Source: an uncultured Jatrophihabitans sp. (GTDB taxonomy: Bacteria; Actinomycetota; Actinomycetes; Mycobacteriales; Jatrophihabitantaceae). From it: a stretch of DNA of 64,000 nt. The notes below the pieces were generated by a model. It searched no databases, was not told the origin of the DNA, and saw only the letters and a list, made by a program, of their open reading frames with translations. This document shows, piece by piece, positions 37,657 through 47,079 of this stretch. Positions within the stretch are counted from its first letter, which is position 1, and every line of letters starts with the position of its first letter. The stretch is from positions 29,945 through 93,944 of the forward strand of contig NZ_CAXULP010000006.1 of the NCBI RefSeq assembly GCF_964251945.1, in the 5' to 3' direction. Both the position numbers and the translations under genes were made by a program.

Positions 37657-37702
37657 CGCTCATAGCCGCGAGCCGGGCGACTCTGCCGATGAGCGAGCGT
37701 CG
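37657..37702. repeat. Intergenic repeat, copy B (CGCTCAT...ATGAGCG imperfect palindrome)
   Basis: Matches copy A; its first 14 bp also occur exactly at 36271-36284. Confidence 0.9.
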
Positions 37703-37808
37703 GATCCTGTTGCTGGGCGGGCCCCCGTCGCGGGGAGTTCTGTCGGCTCGCGGTCGGGACCGGGGACGCGTCGGCACCTGTCTACACCTTGACACCTTGG
37801 CGCGTCAG

Positions 37809-38234
37809 TCACAGGATGCTGCCGCGTGGCGCCACCCACTGATGCTTGAAAGCGATCACCTCGGCGGCGACGTCGAAGTCGGCGTCGTAATGGACGAGGG
37901 TCAGTTGGTGCTCATCTGCGAGAACTGCGTTGAGCAGGTCGGCGATCCCGACCGCGCGGTGTCGGCCGGTCCGGGCGAGGCTGCGCTGAGCGTCGACGGC
38001 GGCTTGCCAGTGCTCGTCCTCGGTCGCCAGGTATTCGTAGGCGTGCCGCCGATCAGAACGCAGCTGCTCGTATTCGGTCGGGCTTCGTGCGCTGTAGAGC
38101 GCCTCGGCGTCCAGGGTGGCGCATGTCGCTACCGTCCCCGCCTCGATGAGCGGTGACAACCGCTGTGCGACTACTGGGTGTCGCATGCGAGCGGCGGCGC
38201 TGGTATCGATGAGGTAGCGGGCGATCAGCGCCAC
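37809..38234 (-). CDS. vapC: PIN-domain toxin
   Basis: YLIDTSA, E, IADLL and HYDADFD acidic PIN residues. Confidence 0.92.
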   Translation of the reverse strand: MALIARYLIDTSAAARMRHPVVAQRLSPLIEAGTVATCATLDAEALYSARSPTEYEQLRSDRRHAYEYLATEDEHWQAAVDAQRSLARTGRHRAVGIADLLNAVLADEHQLTLVHYDADFDVAAEVIAFKHQWVAPRGSIL

Positions 38235-38431
38235 ACTGCGGCCCGAGTTTCCGGGTCTTCCAGCTGCTCCATTCCACCGTCGCGTAACCACTCGACCTGA
38301 CGCGCTCGCGCCGCTGCGGCGGAGGCCTGCTTCAACGCGGTGCGCACCGTGTCAGACACGCCGGTGGTGTGCAGCTCGCGCTGCGCGTCGGCAAGCAGAT
38401 CGTCGTCCAGCTCGATCAGCCGCTTCGTCAT
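38225..38431 (-). CDS. vapB: VapB antitoxin (RHH-like)
   Basis: MTKRLIELDDDLL..AQREL.T...DTVRTAL; overlaps the vapC start; GGAGG RBS. Confidence 0.9.
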   Translation of the reverse strand: MTKRLIELDDDLLADAQRELHTTGVSDTVRTALKQASAAAARARQVEWLRDGGMEQLEDPETRAAVWR

Positions 38432-38442
38432 CACGGACCTCC

Positions 38443-38468
38443 ATATACGGGCGCGATCACAAGTATAT
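38443..38468. promoter_or_regulatory. Candidate VapBC autoregulatory operator
   Basis: ATATAC (38443-38448) / GTATAT (38463-38468) inverted pair directly upstream of vapB. Confidence 0.5.
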
Positions 38469-38627
38469 AGCTTGCACGCATCCGTGCACTTCCGACTCGC
38501 ACCACCCGACGCCCATGGCAGCCGCGGATGGACTGATGGGCATGAACTCGCCGATGCCGCCAAGATCAACGCACTCATCTGCCGCGTCTAGCGCCACGAC
38601 TCGGTCGTCATTTCTGCGCTGGTCGCG

Positions 38628-39041
<414 letters not shown>

Positions 39042-39304
39042 CAACAGGCGAAGCGCACTGACGCCGCTCGTGGGCGAGTGGTGGTGTCGTCCTGTTCGAA
39101 GACGAGTATTTACCGGAGTTCGGCACTGTGGTTGTGCGCGACCACGTCGGTCCGGATGGATCGAAGGTTTGGCCTGCGCGGACAGCCTGTACCGGGAAGA
39201 ACTCGACGAGTTCTTCTTGGATGCGCTGGGGTGCGGATCGGTGGTGCGCGGGTGCCGAATGGACGCAGTTGGCTGCGCCGCCGAACTCACAACTCCGCAC
39301 AGTG

Positions 39305-40030
39305 TTACTGCCACTCCTCCGGCGTCTGGATTTCAAGTAGGTGTGCGGCGTGTTGGACGGCGCGGCGGTGGTGGCGTTGGACGGGGTTGAGGGGCTCGAT
39401 GTCGACGCGGACGTCAGTGGTGTCCCAGATGGCCCAGCACCATTCGTCGTCGTCGAGGCGCGAGCGGTAGGCGAGGCCGGCGATGTCGGGCAGCCATTCG
39501 CGGGCGGCGCGGCTGAGCGCTTGGGTGACGGGCCGCCCGTGCGGGCCGCCGAGGCGGACGATGCCTTCGTCTAGGCGGGGCGGGTTGAGCGGGGTGCCGA
39601 GGCCGCTCTCGGCGAGCGCGTCGCGGACGAGAGGGTGCTTGTCGAGGTCGCGCAGCAGCTGCGGGTCGTGCACGTCGATCAACGGCTCGCCCGCGGCGAG
39701 GGCGACGCGTGCGACGTTCTGGACGGCTAGCCAGCCGGCGACGCCGTCGCCTGGATCGAGGTGTCGCTCGTCGTCAGATTCGACGCCCTCGACGGCGGCG
39801 AGCAGCGCCTCGGCGGCCGGCGCGCGGCGGAACCGCGCCATGGTTTCGACGAGGGCACCAGTGAGGTTCTCTGCGACGTAGCGGACCGCGTAGCGGGCGT
39901 GTGGGTCGTCGTAGCGGTTCGCGCCCGGACCGTCGTCGGTCAACCTCGGTAGCACGTCCGGCGCGGGGTGAACCCGCCACGCGCCGGTCTCGGGCAACGG
40001 CCGCCGAGCGTAGAGGGCGTAGTCCGCCAT
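39305..40030 (-). CDS. RES domain toxin
   Basis: WRVH (R), NRYDDP, ALVET (E) and GLAYRSR (S) motifs; downstream of an antitoxin-like gene. Confidence 0.85.
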   Translation of the reverse strand: MADYALYARRPLPETGAWRVHPAPDVLPRLTDDGPGANRYDDPHARYAVRYVAENLTGALVETMARFRRAPAAEALLAAVEGVESDDERHLDPGDGVAGWLAVQNVARVALAAGEPLIDVHDPQLLRDLDKHPLVRDALAESGLGTPLNPPRLDEGIVRLGGPHGRPVTQALSRAAREWLPDIAGLAYRSRLDDDEWCWAIWDTTDVRVDIEPLNPVQRHHRRAVQHAAHLLEIQTPEEWQ

Positions 40031-40034
40031 GCGG

Positions 40035-40454
40035 TCAGCCTTCGAGGAACGCGCGGGTCGCGGCGAGCAGCCGGCGTTGCACGTCGTCGACGGGGCTGGT
40101 CGCCAGTAGCACCAGCGGGGCTTCGTCGTCGAGCTGGGGGTTGGCCGAGCGCAGGAAGCTGGCCGCCACCGACGCCCGCCCGTAGACCAGCGTGATGGCG
40201 TAGGCGATGCGGAACAGCAGCTGCAGCCGGCCCTGCTCGTCATGATCGCGGGGCTCGGTCTGGTCATCGCGCCACCGGCGCACCGTGCGGGCGTCTCGCA
40301 CGCCGATCCCGGCGGCAGTGAACCTCGGCCCGATCTGCTCCAGCAGCCATCCAGCCTGATGCCAGGCCAGGCTGGTCGCCGCCTCTTTGTAGGCGCGCTC
40401 CCACGCCAGCTCGACCGGCACAAGCTCCACCGCGTCGAGGGATTCCGCGGCCAT
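40035..40454 (-). CDS. Xre/MbcA/ParS-like antitoxin
   Basis: HTH-like GVRDARTVRRW; C-terminal FLRSANPQLDDEAPLVLL; paired with the RES gene. Confidence 0.8.
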   Translation of the reverse strand: MAAESLDAVELVPVELAWERAYKEAATSLAWHQAGWLLEQIGPRFTAAGIGVRDARTVRRWRDDQTEPRDHDEQGRLQLLFRIAYAITLVYGRASVAASFLRSANPQLDDEAPLVLLATSPVDDVQRRLLAATRAFLEG

Positions 40455-40775
40455 GCGCACCACTCCCGACTGATCAAACGACCTGATAACTGACCGTACT
40501 ACACACGCCGCTATTGACAACTCTGACGCACCACCACTGACAGCACTACAGCATCACTGATGCTTCGTGAAGCGAGCGGATTCTGATCCGGCATCGCCCG
40601 CTGCCGGCGGATCTCTAAGTGGCGCCACCGCCTCATGGATCCGCAGCCCGGAACCCCGACGATGATCTTCGCCGTGGCCCGGTGCCAGGTGGTCAAGACA
40701 GCCGACCTGTGGTCAGTTTCGAAGCGCTGCTAACAGCGTGCCCCGCTGCGGGGCTCTTAATAGGCGTGTTATGAG

Positions 40776-40848
40776 TAGCCCCGACCGGATTCGAACCGGC
40801 GCTACCGCCTTGAGAGGGCGGCGTCCTGGGCCACTAGACGACGGGGCC
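40776..40848 (-). tRNA. tRNA-Glu (CTC)
   Basis: GGCCCCG acceptor stem; CCGCC-CTCTCAA-GGCGG anticodon arm; GGTTCGAATCC T-arm. Confidence 0.97.
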
Positions 40849-40871
40849 CCAGAAACTTCATGTGCACTGCG

Positions 40872-40943
40872 CTGGGGTACCAGGACTCGAACCTAGACTA
40901 ACTGAACCAGAATCAGTTGGGCTGCCAATTACCCCATACCCCA
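40872..40943 (-). tRNA. tRNA-Gln (CTG)
   Basis: TGGGGTA acceptor stem; ACTGA-TTCTGGT-TCAGT anticodon arm; GGTTCGAGTCC T-arm. Confidence 0.97.
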
Positions 40944-41121
40944 TGGGCACGCCCGCGCGATGTTCCGCTCAGGCCGACGCCGAAGTTTACCGGACCGCCG
41001 AGGCGGTTCAAAACGGCACGGCAGCCGCTCGAACGTCTCGAACCCCGGCGCGAACTCCCGGTCGTCCGCCGCGCCGCGAAGCGCCTCGAAGTCCCGCGTC
41101 GACCTGCTGCGCGCCGGTGGC

Positions 41122-42285
41122 TCACAGGAACCGCGAGATGATCTCTTTCATGATCTCGTTGGTGCCGCCGTAGATCTTCTGGATGCGCGCGTCGGTGTAC
41201 ATCCGCGAGATCGGGTACTCCTGCATGTAGCCGTAACCGCCGAAAAACTGCAGGCACTCGTCGGCGACATCGCACTGCATCTGGGTGGTCCACCACTTGG
41301 CCATCGAGGCGGTCGGGATGTCGAGCTCGGCCCGCAGGTGCTTGGCGACGCAGTCGTCGATGAACACCCGAGCGATCTTCGCCGTCGTCGCCATCTCGGC
41401 GAGCTTGAACCGGGTGTTCTGGAAGTTGAACACCGGCTTGCCGAACGCGTGCCGGTCCTTGGTGTAGGCCAGCGTGTGCGCGAGCGTCTCCTCGATGGCG
41501 GCCACCGCGCCGACGGCGAGCACCAGCCGCTCCTGCGGCAGCTGCTGCATCAACTGGACGAAGCCTTGGCCCTCCTCGCCGCCGAGCAGATTGGCAGCTG
41601 GGAGGTGGACGCCGTCGAAGAACAGCTCGGCGGTGTCCTGGCCGTGCTGACCGATCTTCTTCAGCACCCGGCCGCGGGAGAAGCCGTCGACCTCGTCGGT
41701 CTCGACGACGACCAGGGAGATCCCCTTGGCCGCGTCGGCCGGGTCGGTCTTCGCGACCGTGACGACGAGGTTGGCGAGCAGGCCGTTGGAGATGAAGGTC
41801 TTCGAGCCGTCGAGCACGTACTCATCGCCCGTGCGGATCGCCTTTGTCGTGATGCTCTGCAGGTCCGAGCCGGTGCCCGGCTCGGTCATCGCCACCGCGC
41901 CGACCAGCTCGCCGCTCGCCATTCGCGGCAGCCACCGCCGCTTCTGCTCCTCGGTGCCGTACGCGTTGACATAGTGGGCGACGATCGTGCTGTGCACCGC
42001 AGTGCCGAGGCTTGGCGCGAGCGCCCGAATCTGCTCCTCGGCGAGCACCGCCTCCAACGCGAACGTCCCGCCGCCGCCGCCGTACTCGATCGGGATCGAC
42101 GGACACAGCAGCCCGAGCTCGCCGGCCTGATTCCAGACCTCGCGGTCGATGTGCTGCTGCTCGCCCCAGCGCTCCTCGTGCGGCGCGCATTCCTTCTCCA
42201 GGAACCGGCGGGCGAGATCGCGAAACGCCTCCGAGTCGTCGTCGCTCCATGTGGGGCGCGCGGCGTGCGGACGGGCAGCGGTCAT
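41122..42285 (-). CDS. Acyl-CoA dehydrogenase (LCAD-like)
   Basis: AMTEPGTGSDL, GSKTFISNG, QERL, GGYGY and IYGGTNEIMK motifs. Confidence 0.95.
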   Translation of the reverse strand: MTAARPHAARPTWSDDDSEAFRDLARRFLEKECAPHEERWGEQQHIDREVWNQAGELGLLCPSIPIEYGGGGGTFALEAVLAEEQIRALAPSLGTAVHSTIVAHYVNAYGTEEQKRRWLPRMASGELVGAVAMTEPGTGSDLQSITTKAIRTGDEYVLDGSKTFISNGLLANLVVTVAKTDPADAAKGISLVVVETDEVDGFSRGRVLKKIGQHGQDTAELFFDGVHLPAANLLGGEEGQGFVQLMQQLPQERLVLAVGAVAAIEETLAHTLAYTKDRHAFGKPVFNFQNTRFKLAEMATTAKIARVFIDDCVAKHLRAELDIPTASMAKWWTTQMQCDVADECLQFFGGYGYMQEYPISRMYTDARIQKIYGGTNEIMKEIISRFL

Positions 42286-42424
42286 CGAAACTCCCGGCGC
42301 GACTGTGACAGTGCTTCCGTCATCGTAGAAGCGCGCGGCGCCGAGCGCTACCGCGACCAGGCCGCCTGCGACAACTCAGCTCGCTCGGCACGGCCCGGAG
42401 AGCGACGCGCGATGCGAGGCTGGC

Positions 42425-43324
42425 TCAGGCGGAACGGGCGGTGCGGCTGATCTCCTCGTGATCAGCGGCGCGGTGCTCGGCCCGCGAGGCGCGCAGGAAG
42501 GGCAGCACCTCGCTCAGCAGCGCGGCCGGCTGGTCGATCTGCGGGCAGTGGCCGCAGCCCGGCAGCACGACGGCGCCGCCCGGCCGGCCGATCCGGCGCA
42601 GCACCCGAGCGGGGGTCAGCACGTCACGCGCGCCGAAGACGACGAGCGCCGGCGCCTCGCTGCGGGCGACCAGGCCGCCGAGGTCGGCCGAGCGGAGTTC
42701 GCGAACGAGCGCGCGGCCGATCGGCATCAGCCCGGCGACGCTGTCGCGCAAGGCGTACGGGTCGCAGAACCCCCGTCGGACCGAGGGGTCGAGATCGCGG
42801 GGGCGCGCGACCGCAATGTGGCTGTAGACCCAGCCGAGGCCGAACTGCGCGGTGCGGGACGGCACGCAGCGCAAGGCGGCGCGCACGGCCAGCTCCGCCG
42901 GCCGGGAAAGCCCGAGCCGCCACAACTGCGGCACCCCGCGCATGCCCGGCATGTCGATGAGCACCATGCCGTCGGTGCGCTCGGGGTAGCGCGCGCCGAA
43001 CAACGTGGACACGGCCGCGCCCATGGAGTTGCCCATCAAGGAGACCGGGCCGTCGACGCCTTCGGCGTCGAGCACCTCGCGCACGACGTCGACGTAACCG
43101 CTCAGCAGCGGCGTGGACCATGGGCGTGAGCTGGCGCCGAAGCCGGGCAGGTCGATGGCGATCACGCGATGGCTCGCGGCCAGCACCGGAACGACGCGCT
43201 GCCAGGTGGTCACATTGTCGGTGTAGCCATGCAACAGGACGATCGTGCGCGGCGCATCGCCGGTGACGACATAGTGCACGCCGGGCACACGGGTCCGGGG
43301 ACGCGGCGCCGTCATGGCCTGCAT
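42425..43324 (-). CDS. Alpha/beta fold hydrolase
   Basis: LLHG, DLPGFG, GNSMG nucleophile, D and GH triad. Confidence 0.9.
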   Translation of the reverse strand: MQAMTAPRPRTRVPGVHYVVTGDAPRTIVLLHGYTDNVTTWQRVVPVLAASHRVIAIDLPGFGASSRPWSTPLLSGYVDVVREVLDAEGVDGPVSLMGNSMGAAVSTLFGARYPERTDGMVLIDMPGMRGVPQLWRLGLSRPAELAVRAALRCVPSRTAQFGLGWVYSHIAVARPRDLDPSVRRGFCDPYALRDSVAGLMPIGRALVRELRSADLGGLVARSEAPALVVFGARDVLTPARVLRRIGRPGGAVVLPGCGHCPQIDQPAALLSEVLPFLRASRAEHRAADHEEISRTARSA

Positions 43325-43537
43325 GCCCGAACGTTACCCAGGTCACACGTCCCATTAACATTGTCGACACACGAACGCCAGCTCGCCGCAGCGGAAACTG
43401 GCCGAGCGGCAGGCCAGGGATTGAGACCATTTCGACCTTTTGTGGAAGTTCGGCTACTCGCGGGTAGGTCTACTGCGAAGCGGGCGAGCACAACCCGACG
43501 CCGTCCGCCCGGACCGAAACGACCCCGAGGGAGGATC

Positions 43538-43795
43538 ATGCAGATCCCGCGAATTGACCCCAAAAACGTTCTCGGCTTGGCCGACAAGATCATCGGCCTG
43601 GGCAAGGAGATCATCGGCACGCTGACCAGACAGGATCGGTTGAGCAAGGCCGGCCAGGTGCAGCAGGACAAGGGCACTGAACGCATCAAGGCGATCAAGG
43701 CGCAGGTCGAGGCAGACGCGCACGAGACCAAGGCGGCGGCCGCCGGCCGCGCACAGAAGAGCGCGCAGAACACCAAGGAAGCGGTGAACAGCTGA
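43538..43795 (+). CDS. CsbD-like small protein
   Basis: GGAGG RBS; GLGKEIIG...AGQVQQDKG pattern. Confidence 0.75.
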   Translation: MQIPRIDPKNVLGLADKIIGLGKEIIGTLTRQDRLSKAGQVQQDKGTERIKAIKAQVEADAHETKAAAAGRAQKSAQNTKEAVNS

Positions 43796-43998
43796 TGGGC
43801 ATCGGCGAGACGATCAAGGGCACGATCAAGGAAAAAGTCGGCGACGTCACGGACGACGACCAGCTCAAGGCCGAGGGCGACGCCCAGCAAACCAAAGGCG
43901 AGGCGCAGACGGACGAGTCCAAGTCTCGCGCCGAGGCCAAGGCGCACGAGGAGAAGGCCGACGCGCTCGAGCAGGAGCAGAAGTCGCTCGAAGACTGA
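43795..43998 (+). CDS. CsbD family small protein
   Basis: KGTIKEKVGDVTDDDQLKAEG.AQQTKG; TGATG overlap. Confidence 0.85.
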   Translation: MGIGETIKGTIKEKVGDVTDDDQLKAEGDAQQTKGEAQTDESKSRAEAKAHEEKADALEQEQKSLED

Positions 43999-44005
43999 CC
44001 AATCC

Positions 44006-44079
44006 GGTTGAGTGGCGCGAAATCTGGCTGAGTGGCGCGGTGTTCCGCGCCACTCAGTCCGTTAACGCACCACTCGACC
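44006..44079. repeat. Nested (double-arm) inverted repeat, REP-like
   Basis: AGTGG at 44011 and 44031; CCACT at 44050 and 44070; lies between convergent genes. Confidence 0.9.
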
Positions 44080-44091
44080 TCGGGAGCCGAA

Positions 44092-45555
44092 TCACGCGGT
44101 GTGGGCCGCGCGCAGCCGGGCCAGCGAACGCTGTTGGCCGAGCAGCGCCATCGACTCGAACAGCGGCGGCGACACCGTCGAGCCCGTGATTGCCACCCGC
44201 ACCGGCCCGTAGGCATTGCGTGGTTTGAGGCCCAGACCGTCCACCAGCGATTCGCGCAAGGCCGTCTCGATCGGCCCGGCTGACCAGTCCCCCAGCGCCG
44301 TCAACGGCGGCAGTGCCGCGGCGAGCACGGCTTGGCCGGCCTCGCCGAGCTGTTTGTCGGCGGCCGTCGGGTCGATCGCGAAATCCGCGTCGTCGATGAT
44401 CAGGAAGCGGACCATCTGCACGCCTTGCCCGAGCGTCTGCACGCGCTCCTGGACCAACGGCGCCGCCGCGTGAAGAGTCGCGTCGTCGGCCGGCAGCCCC
44501 GCCGCGCGAACCTGGTCGGCGAGCCGTCGCGCGAAGTCGTCCGGGGCGAGCAGCCGCAGGTGTGTCGCGTTGATCGCCTCGCACTTCTTGCCGTCGAACC
44601 TCGCCGGGTTCGCGTTCACGTCCCGGACGTCGAACGCCTCGATCATCGCCGTCATCGAGAATACGTCGTGGTCGTCGGCGATCGACCAGCCGAGCAACGC
44701 GAGATAGTTCAACAAACCCTCGGGTATGTAGCCCGCCTGGCGATACGTGTTGAGCGCGGCCTGCGGGTCGCGTTTCGAGAGCTTCTTGTTGCCCTCGCCC
44801 ATGACGTACGGCAGGTGGCCGAACTCCGGGGTGAAGTCGGTGACGCCGATGTCGATCAACGCGCGGTAGAGCGCGAGCTGCCGCGGCGTCGACGGCAGCA
44901 AGTCCTCACCGCGCAGCACATGGGTGATGCGCATCAGCGCGTCGTCCACCGGATTGACCAGCGTGTACAGCGGATCGCCGTTGGCGCGGATGACGACGAA
45001 GTCCGGGACGGACCCCGCGGCGAAGGTGACCTCGCCGCGCACCAGGTCATCCCAGGTGAGGGCGTGGTCGGGCATCCGCAGCCGGAACACCGGCCGCCGG
45101 CCCTCGGCCCGATACCCGGCGAGCTGCGCCTCGGTGAGCGTGCGGTCGAAATTGTCGTAGCCGAGTTTGGGGTCCCGCCCGGCGGCGCGGTGCCGCGCCT
45201 CGGTTTCCTCATTGGTCGTGTACGACTCGTACAGGTGGCCGGCGGCGACCAGCTGCCCGGCGACGTCGCGGTAGATGTCGCGGCGTTCGCTCTGCCGGTA
45301 CGGCCCGTGGGGGCCGCCGACCTCCGGTCCCTCGTCCCAGTCCATGCCGAGCCAGCGCAGCGCGTCCAGCAGTTGGTGATACGACTCCACCGAATCGCGC
45401 GCGGCGTCGGTGTCCTCCACGCGGAAGACGAACGTGCCGCCGACGTGCCGCGCGTAGGCCCAGTTGAACAGGCAGGTCCGGATCAGCCCGACGTGCGGAT
45501 TGCCGGTCGGCGACGGGCAGAACCGCACGCGAACATCGGACGCTGGGCTGCTCAT
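44092..45555 (-). CDS. gltX: Glutamate--tRNA ligase
   Basis: [13 protein letters not shown] (HIGH) and KLSKR (KMSKS) motifs. Confidence 0.97.
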   Translation of the reverse strand: MSSPASDVRVRFCPSPTGNPHVGLIRTCLFNWAYARHVGGTFVFRVEDTDAARDSVESYHQLLDALRWLGMDWDEGPEVGGPHGPYRQSERRDIYRDVAGQLVAAGHLYESYTTNEETEARHRAAGRDPKLGYDNFDRTLTEAQLAGYRAEGRRPVFRLRMPDHALTWDDLVRGEVTFAAGSVPDFVVIRANGDPLYTLVNPVDDALMRITHVLRGEDLLPSTPRQLALYRALIDIGVTDFTPEFGHLPYVMGEGNKKLSKRDPQAALNTYRQAGYIPEGLLNYLALLGWSIADDHDVFSMTAMIEAFDVRDVNANPARFDGKKCEAINATHLRLLAPDDFARRLADQVRAAGLPADDATLHAAAPLVQERVQTLGQGVQMVRFLIIDDADFAIDPTAADKQLGEAGQAVLAAALPPLTALGDWSAGPIETALRESLVDGLGLKPRNAYGPVRVAITGSTVSPPLFESMALLGQQRSLARLRAAHTA

Positions 45556-45613
45556 TCGGGGTCTCCGCGGAATCGTGAAGCGTTCTTTGCCGAGCGATTG
45601 CGTGGGGTGCGGC

Positions 45614-46414
45614 TCACGCTGCGACCACCGGATTGGTCAGCGTGCCGATGCCCTCGATCTCGACGCTGACGGTGTCGCCGGCGACGATCGGGCCGACGCC
45701 AGCCGGCGTGCCGGTGAGGATCAGGTCGCCCGGCAGCAGCGTCATCACCGCCGACATGAAAGCGATCTGCGTCGCCACGTCGTGGATCAGCTGGCTGGTC
45801 CGTGCGTCCTGCTTCACCTCGCCGTTCACCCGGGTGACCAGGCGCAGGTCGCGCGGGTCGAGCACCGTCTCGACCCACGGTCCGAACGGGCAGAACGAGT
45901 CGTGCCCCTTCGCGCGGGTGAACTGGCCGTCCTCGCGCTGCTGATCACGAGCCGTCACGTCGTTTGCCGCGGCGTAGCCGAAGACGTGCCGCAGCGCGTC
46001 CTGCGCTGTCACATTGCGGGCCGGCGTGCCGATGACGACGGCGAGCTCGCCCTCGAAGTCCACGTGCGCGGTGGACGGCGGGAGCCGGATCGAATCGCCG
46101 TCGCCGATCACCGAGGTCGATGGTTTGAGGAAGATCAACGGCGCGGTCGGGGCGTCGTTGCCCATCTCCGCGTTGTGCGCGGCGTAGTTCCGCCCGATCG
46201 CGACGACCTTGCTCGGCAGGAACGGCGACAGCAGCCGGACGTCTGACAGCGCCCACCGGTCGCCGGTGAACTCCAGCGCCCCGAACGGGTGGCCGGCGAT
46301 CGCGGCCACCGTGAGCCCGTCCACCTCCGCGCCGGCGGGTCCTTCAACCGTCCCCCACGCCACGCCGGCCGGCGCCGAGGCGGATCCGGGATGGACGAAG
46401 CGGGCGATGCGCAC
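45614..46414 (-). CDS. FAH family hydrolase (gltX-linked, DUF2437 N-terminus)
   Basis: [33 protein letters not shown] and TGTPAGVG motifs. Confidence 0.92.
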   Translation of the reverse strand: MRIARFVHPGSASAPAGVAWGTVEGPAGAEVDGLTVAAIAGHPFGALEFTGDRWALSDVRLLSPFLPSKVVAIGRNYAAHNAEMGNDAPTAPLIFLKPSTSVIGDGDSIRLPPSTAHVDFEGELAVVIGTPARNVTAQDALRHVFGYAAANDVTARDQQREDGQFTRAKGHDSFCPFGPWVETVLDPRDLRLVTRVNGEVKQDARTSQLIHDVATQIAFMSAVMTLLPGDLILTGTPAGVGPIVAGDTVSVEIEGIGTLTNPVVAA

Positions 46415-46489
46415 GAAGAACGAGGCTACCGACGTGGGCGGCCGGCTCCGGCGTCGGTGACCCCGCGGCCGGTCAGCCATAATCGCGGG

Positions 46490-47020
46490 GTGAGCTCTCT
46501 GACCGCGGTGCCCGCCGCGAAACGTCGACAGCTGGCCGCGACCCTCGGCCTGTTCAGCGTGCTGTTCGTGGCGATCGGCGCCGTGGCCGCCACTGGCCTG
46601 AGCAGCGGCCTGGTGCTCTCCTTCGTGGTCATCGCGTTCGTGCTCGCGCTCGTGCTGGCGTTGATGTCGTGGGGCGTCGCGATATCGATCAAGGACGAGA
46701 TCGCCGAGCGACGCCTCGATGACGCGCTCGAGGCGGCGCTGGCCGCCCACGGCGCCGCCGGCGGCGGCGGCGGCGGCCGAGTGTGCGGCTGCGGGCATGA
46801 GCACGACCCGGACGAGCTGCACATCGTCGATCAGGACGACGCTGCCGACGCGGGACCGGCAGCCGGCGCCGTTGCCGCCGACGTCTGCGCGCACGACGGA
46901 GCAGGCGCCGACTGCGCCCACAGCTGCGACACGTGTGTGCTCGCCGGGGCGCGCGCGGACGACCTCGCGCAGGACCGGCCGCGGCCGGCGCCGGCACGCC
47001 GGCCGTCACCCACTCGCTGA
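46490..47020 (+). CDS. Two-TM hypothetical protein with a Cys/His-rich tail
   Basis: CATAAT hexamer just before GTG; CGCGHEHDPDELH and CAHDG...CAHSCDTC motifs. Confidence 0.75.
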   Translation: MSSLTAVPAAKRRQLAATLGLFSVLFVAIGAVAATGLSSGLVLSFVVIAFVLALVLALMSWGVAISIKDEIAERRLDDALEAALAAHGAAGGGGGGRVCGCGHEHDPDELHIVDQDDAADAGPAAGAVAADVCAHDGAGADCAHSCDTCVLAGARADDLAQDRPRPAPARRPSPTR

Positions 47021-47076
47021 CCGTCACCTGCTCGGTAACCGTCACCCGCTCGGGGTGACCGTTGCCCACTCGCTGA
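47003..47076. repeat. ~18-bp imperfect tandem repeat x4 containing a hairpin
   Basis: CCGTCACCYRCTCGSTRA-like units at 47003, 47021, 47039 and 47059; GTCACCC/GGGTGAC stem. Confidence 0.85.
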
Positions 47077-47079
47077 CAG

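Noticed and set aside
36459-37702. CRISPR array interpretation of the 38-bp direct repeat
   Set aside because: The copies are about 1.2 kb apart with genes between them, there are no 30-40 bp spacers, and no cas genes are present.
38146-38154. GATGAGCG match to the island repeat arm inside vapC (also near 5349 and 5478)
   Set aside because: It lies within coding sequence and is explained by codons. It shows that short arm matches alone are not significant.
40862-41173. ORFs overlapping the tRNA genes
   Set aside because: They are translations across tRNA-Gln, not proteins.
43435-43470. SigF/SigB-type promoter for the csbD pair (GGGTA element)
   Set aside because: A GGGTA -10-like element is present, but there is no convincing GTTT -35 at the expected spacing.
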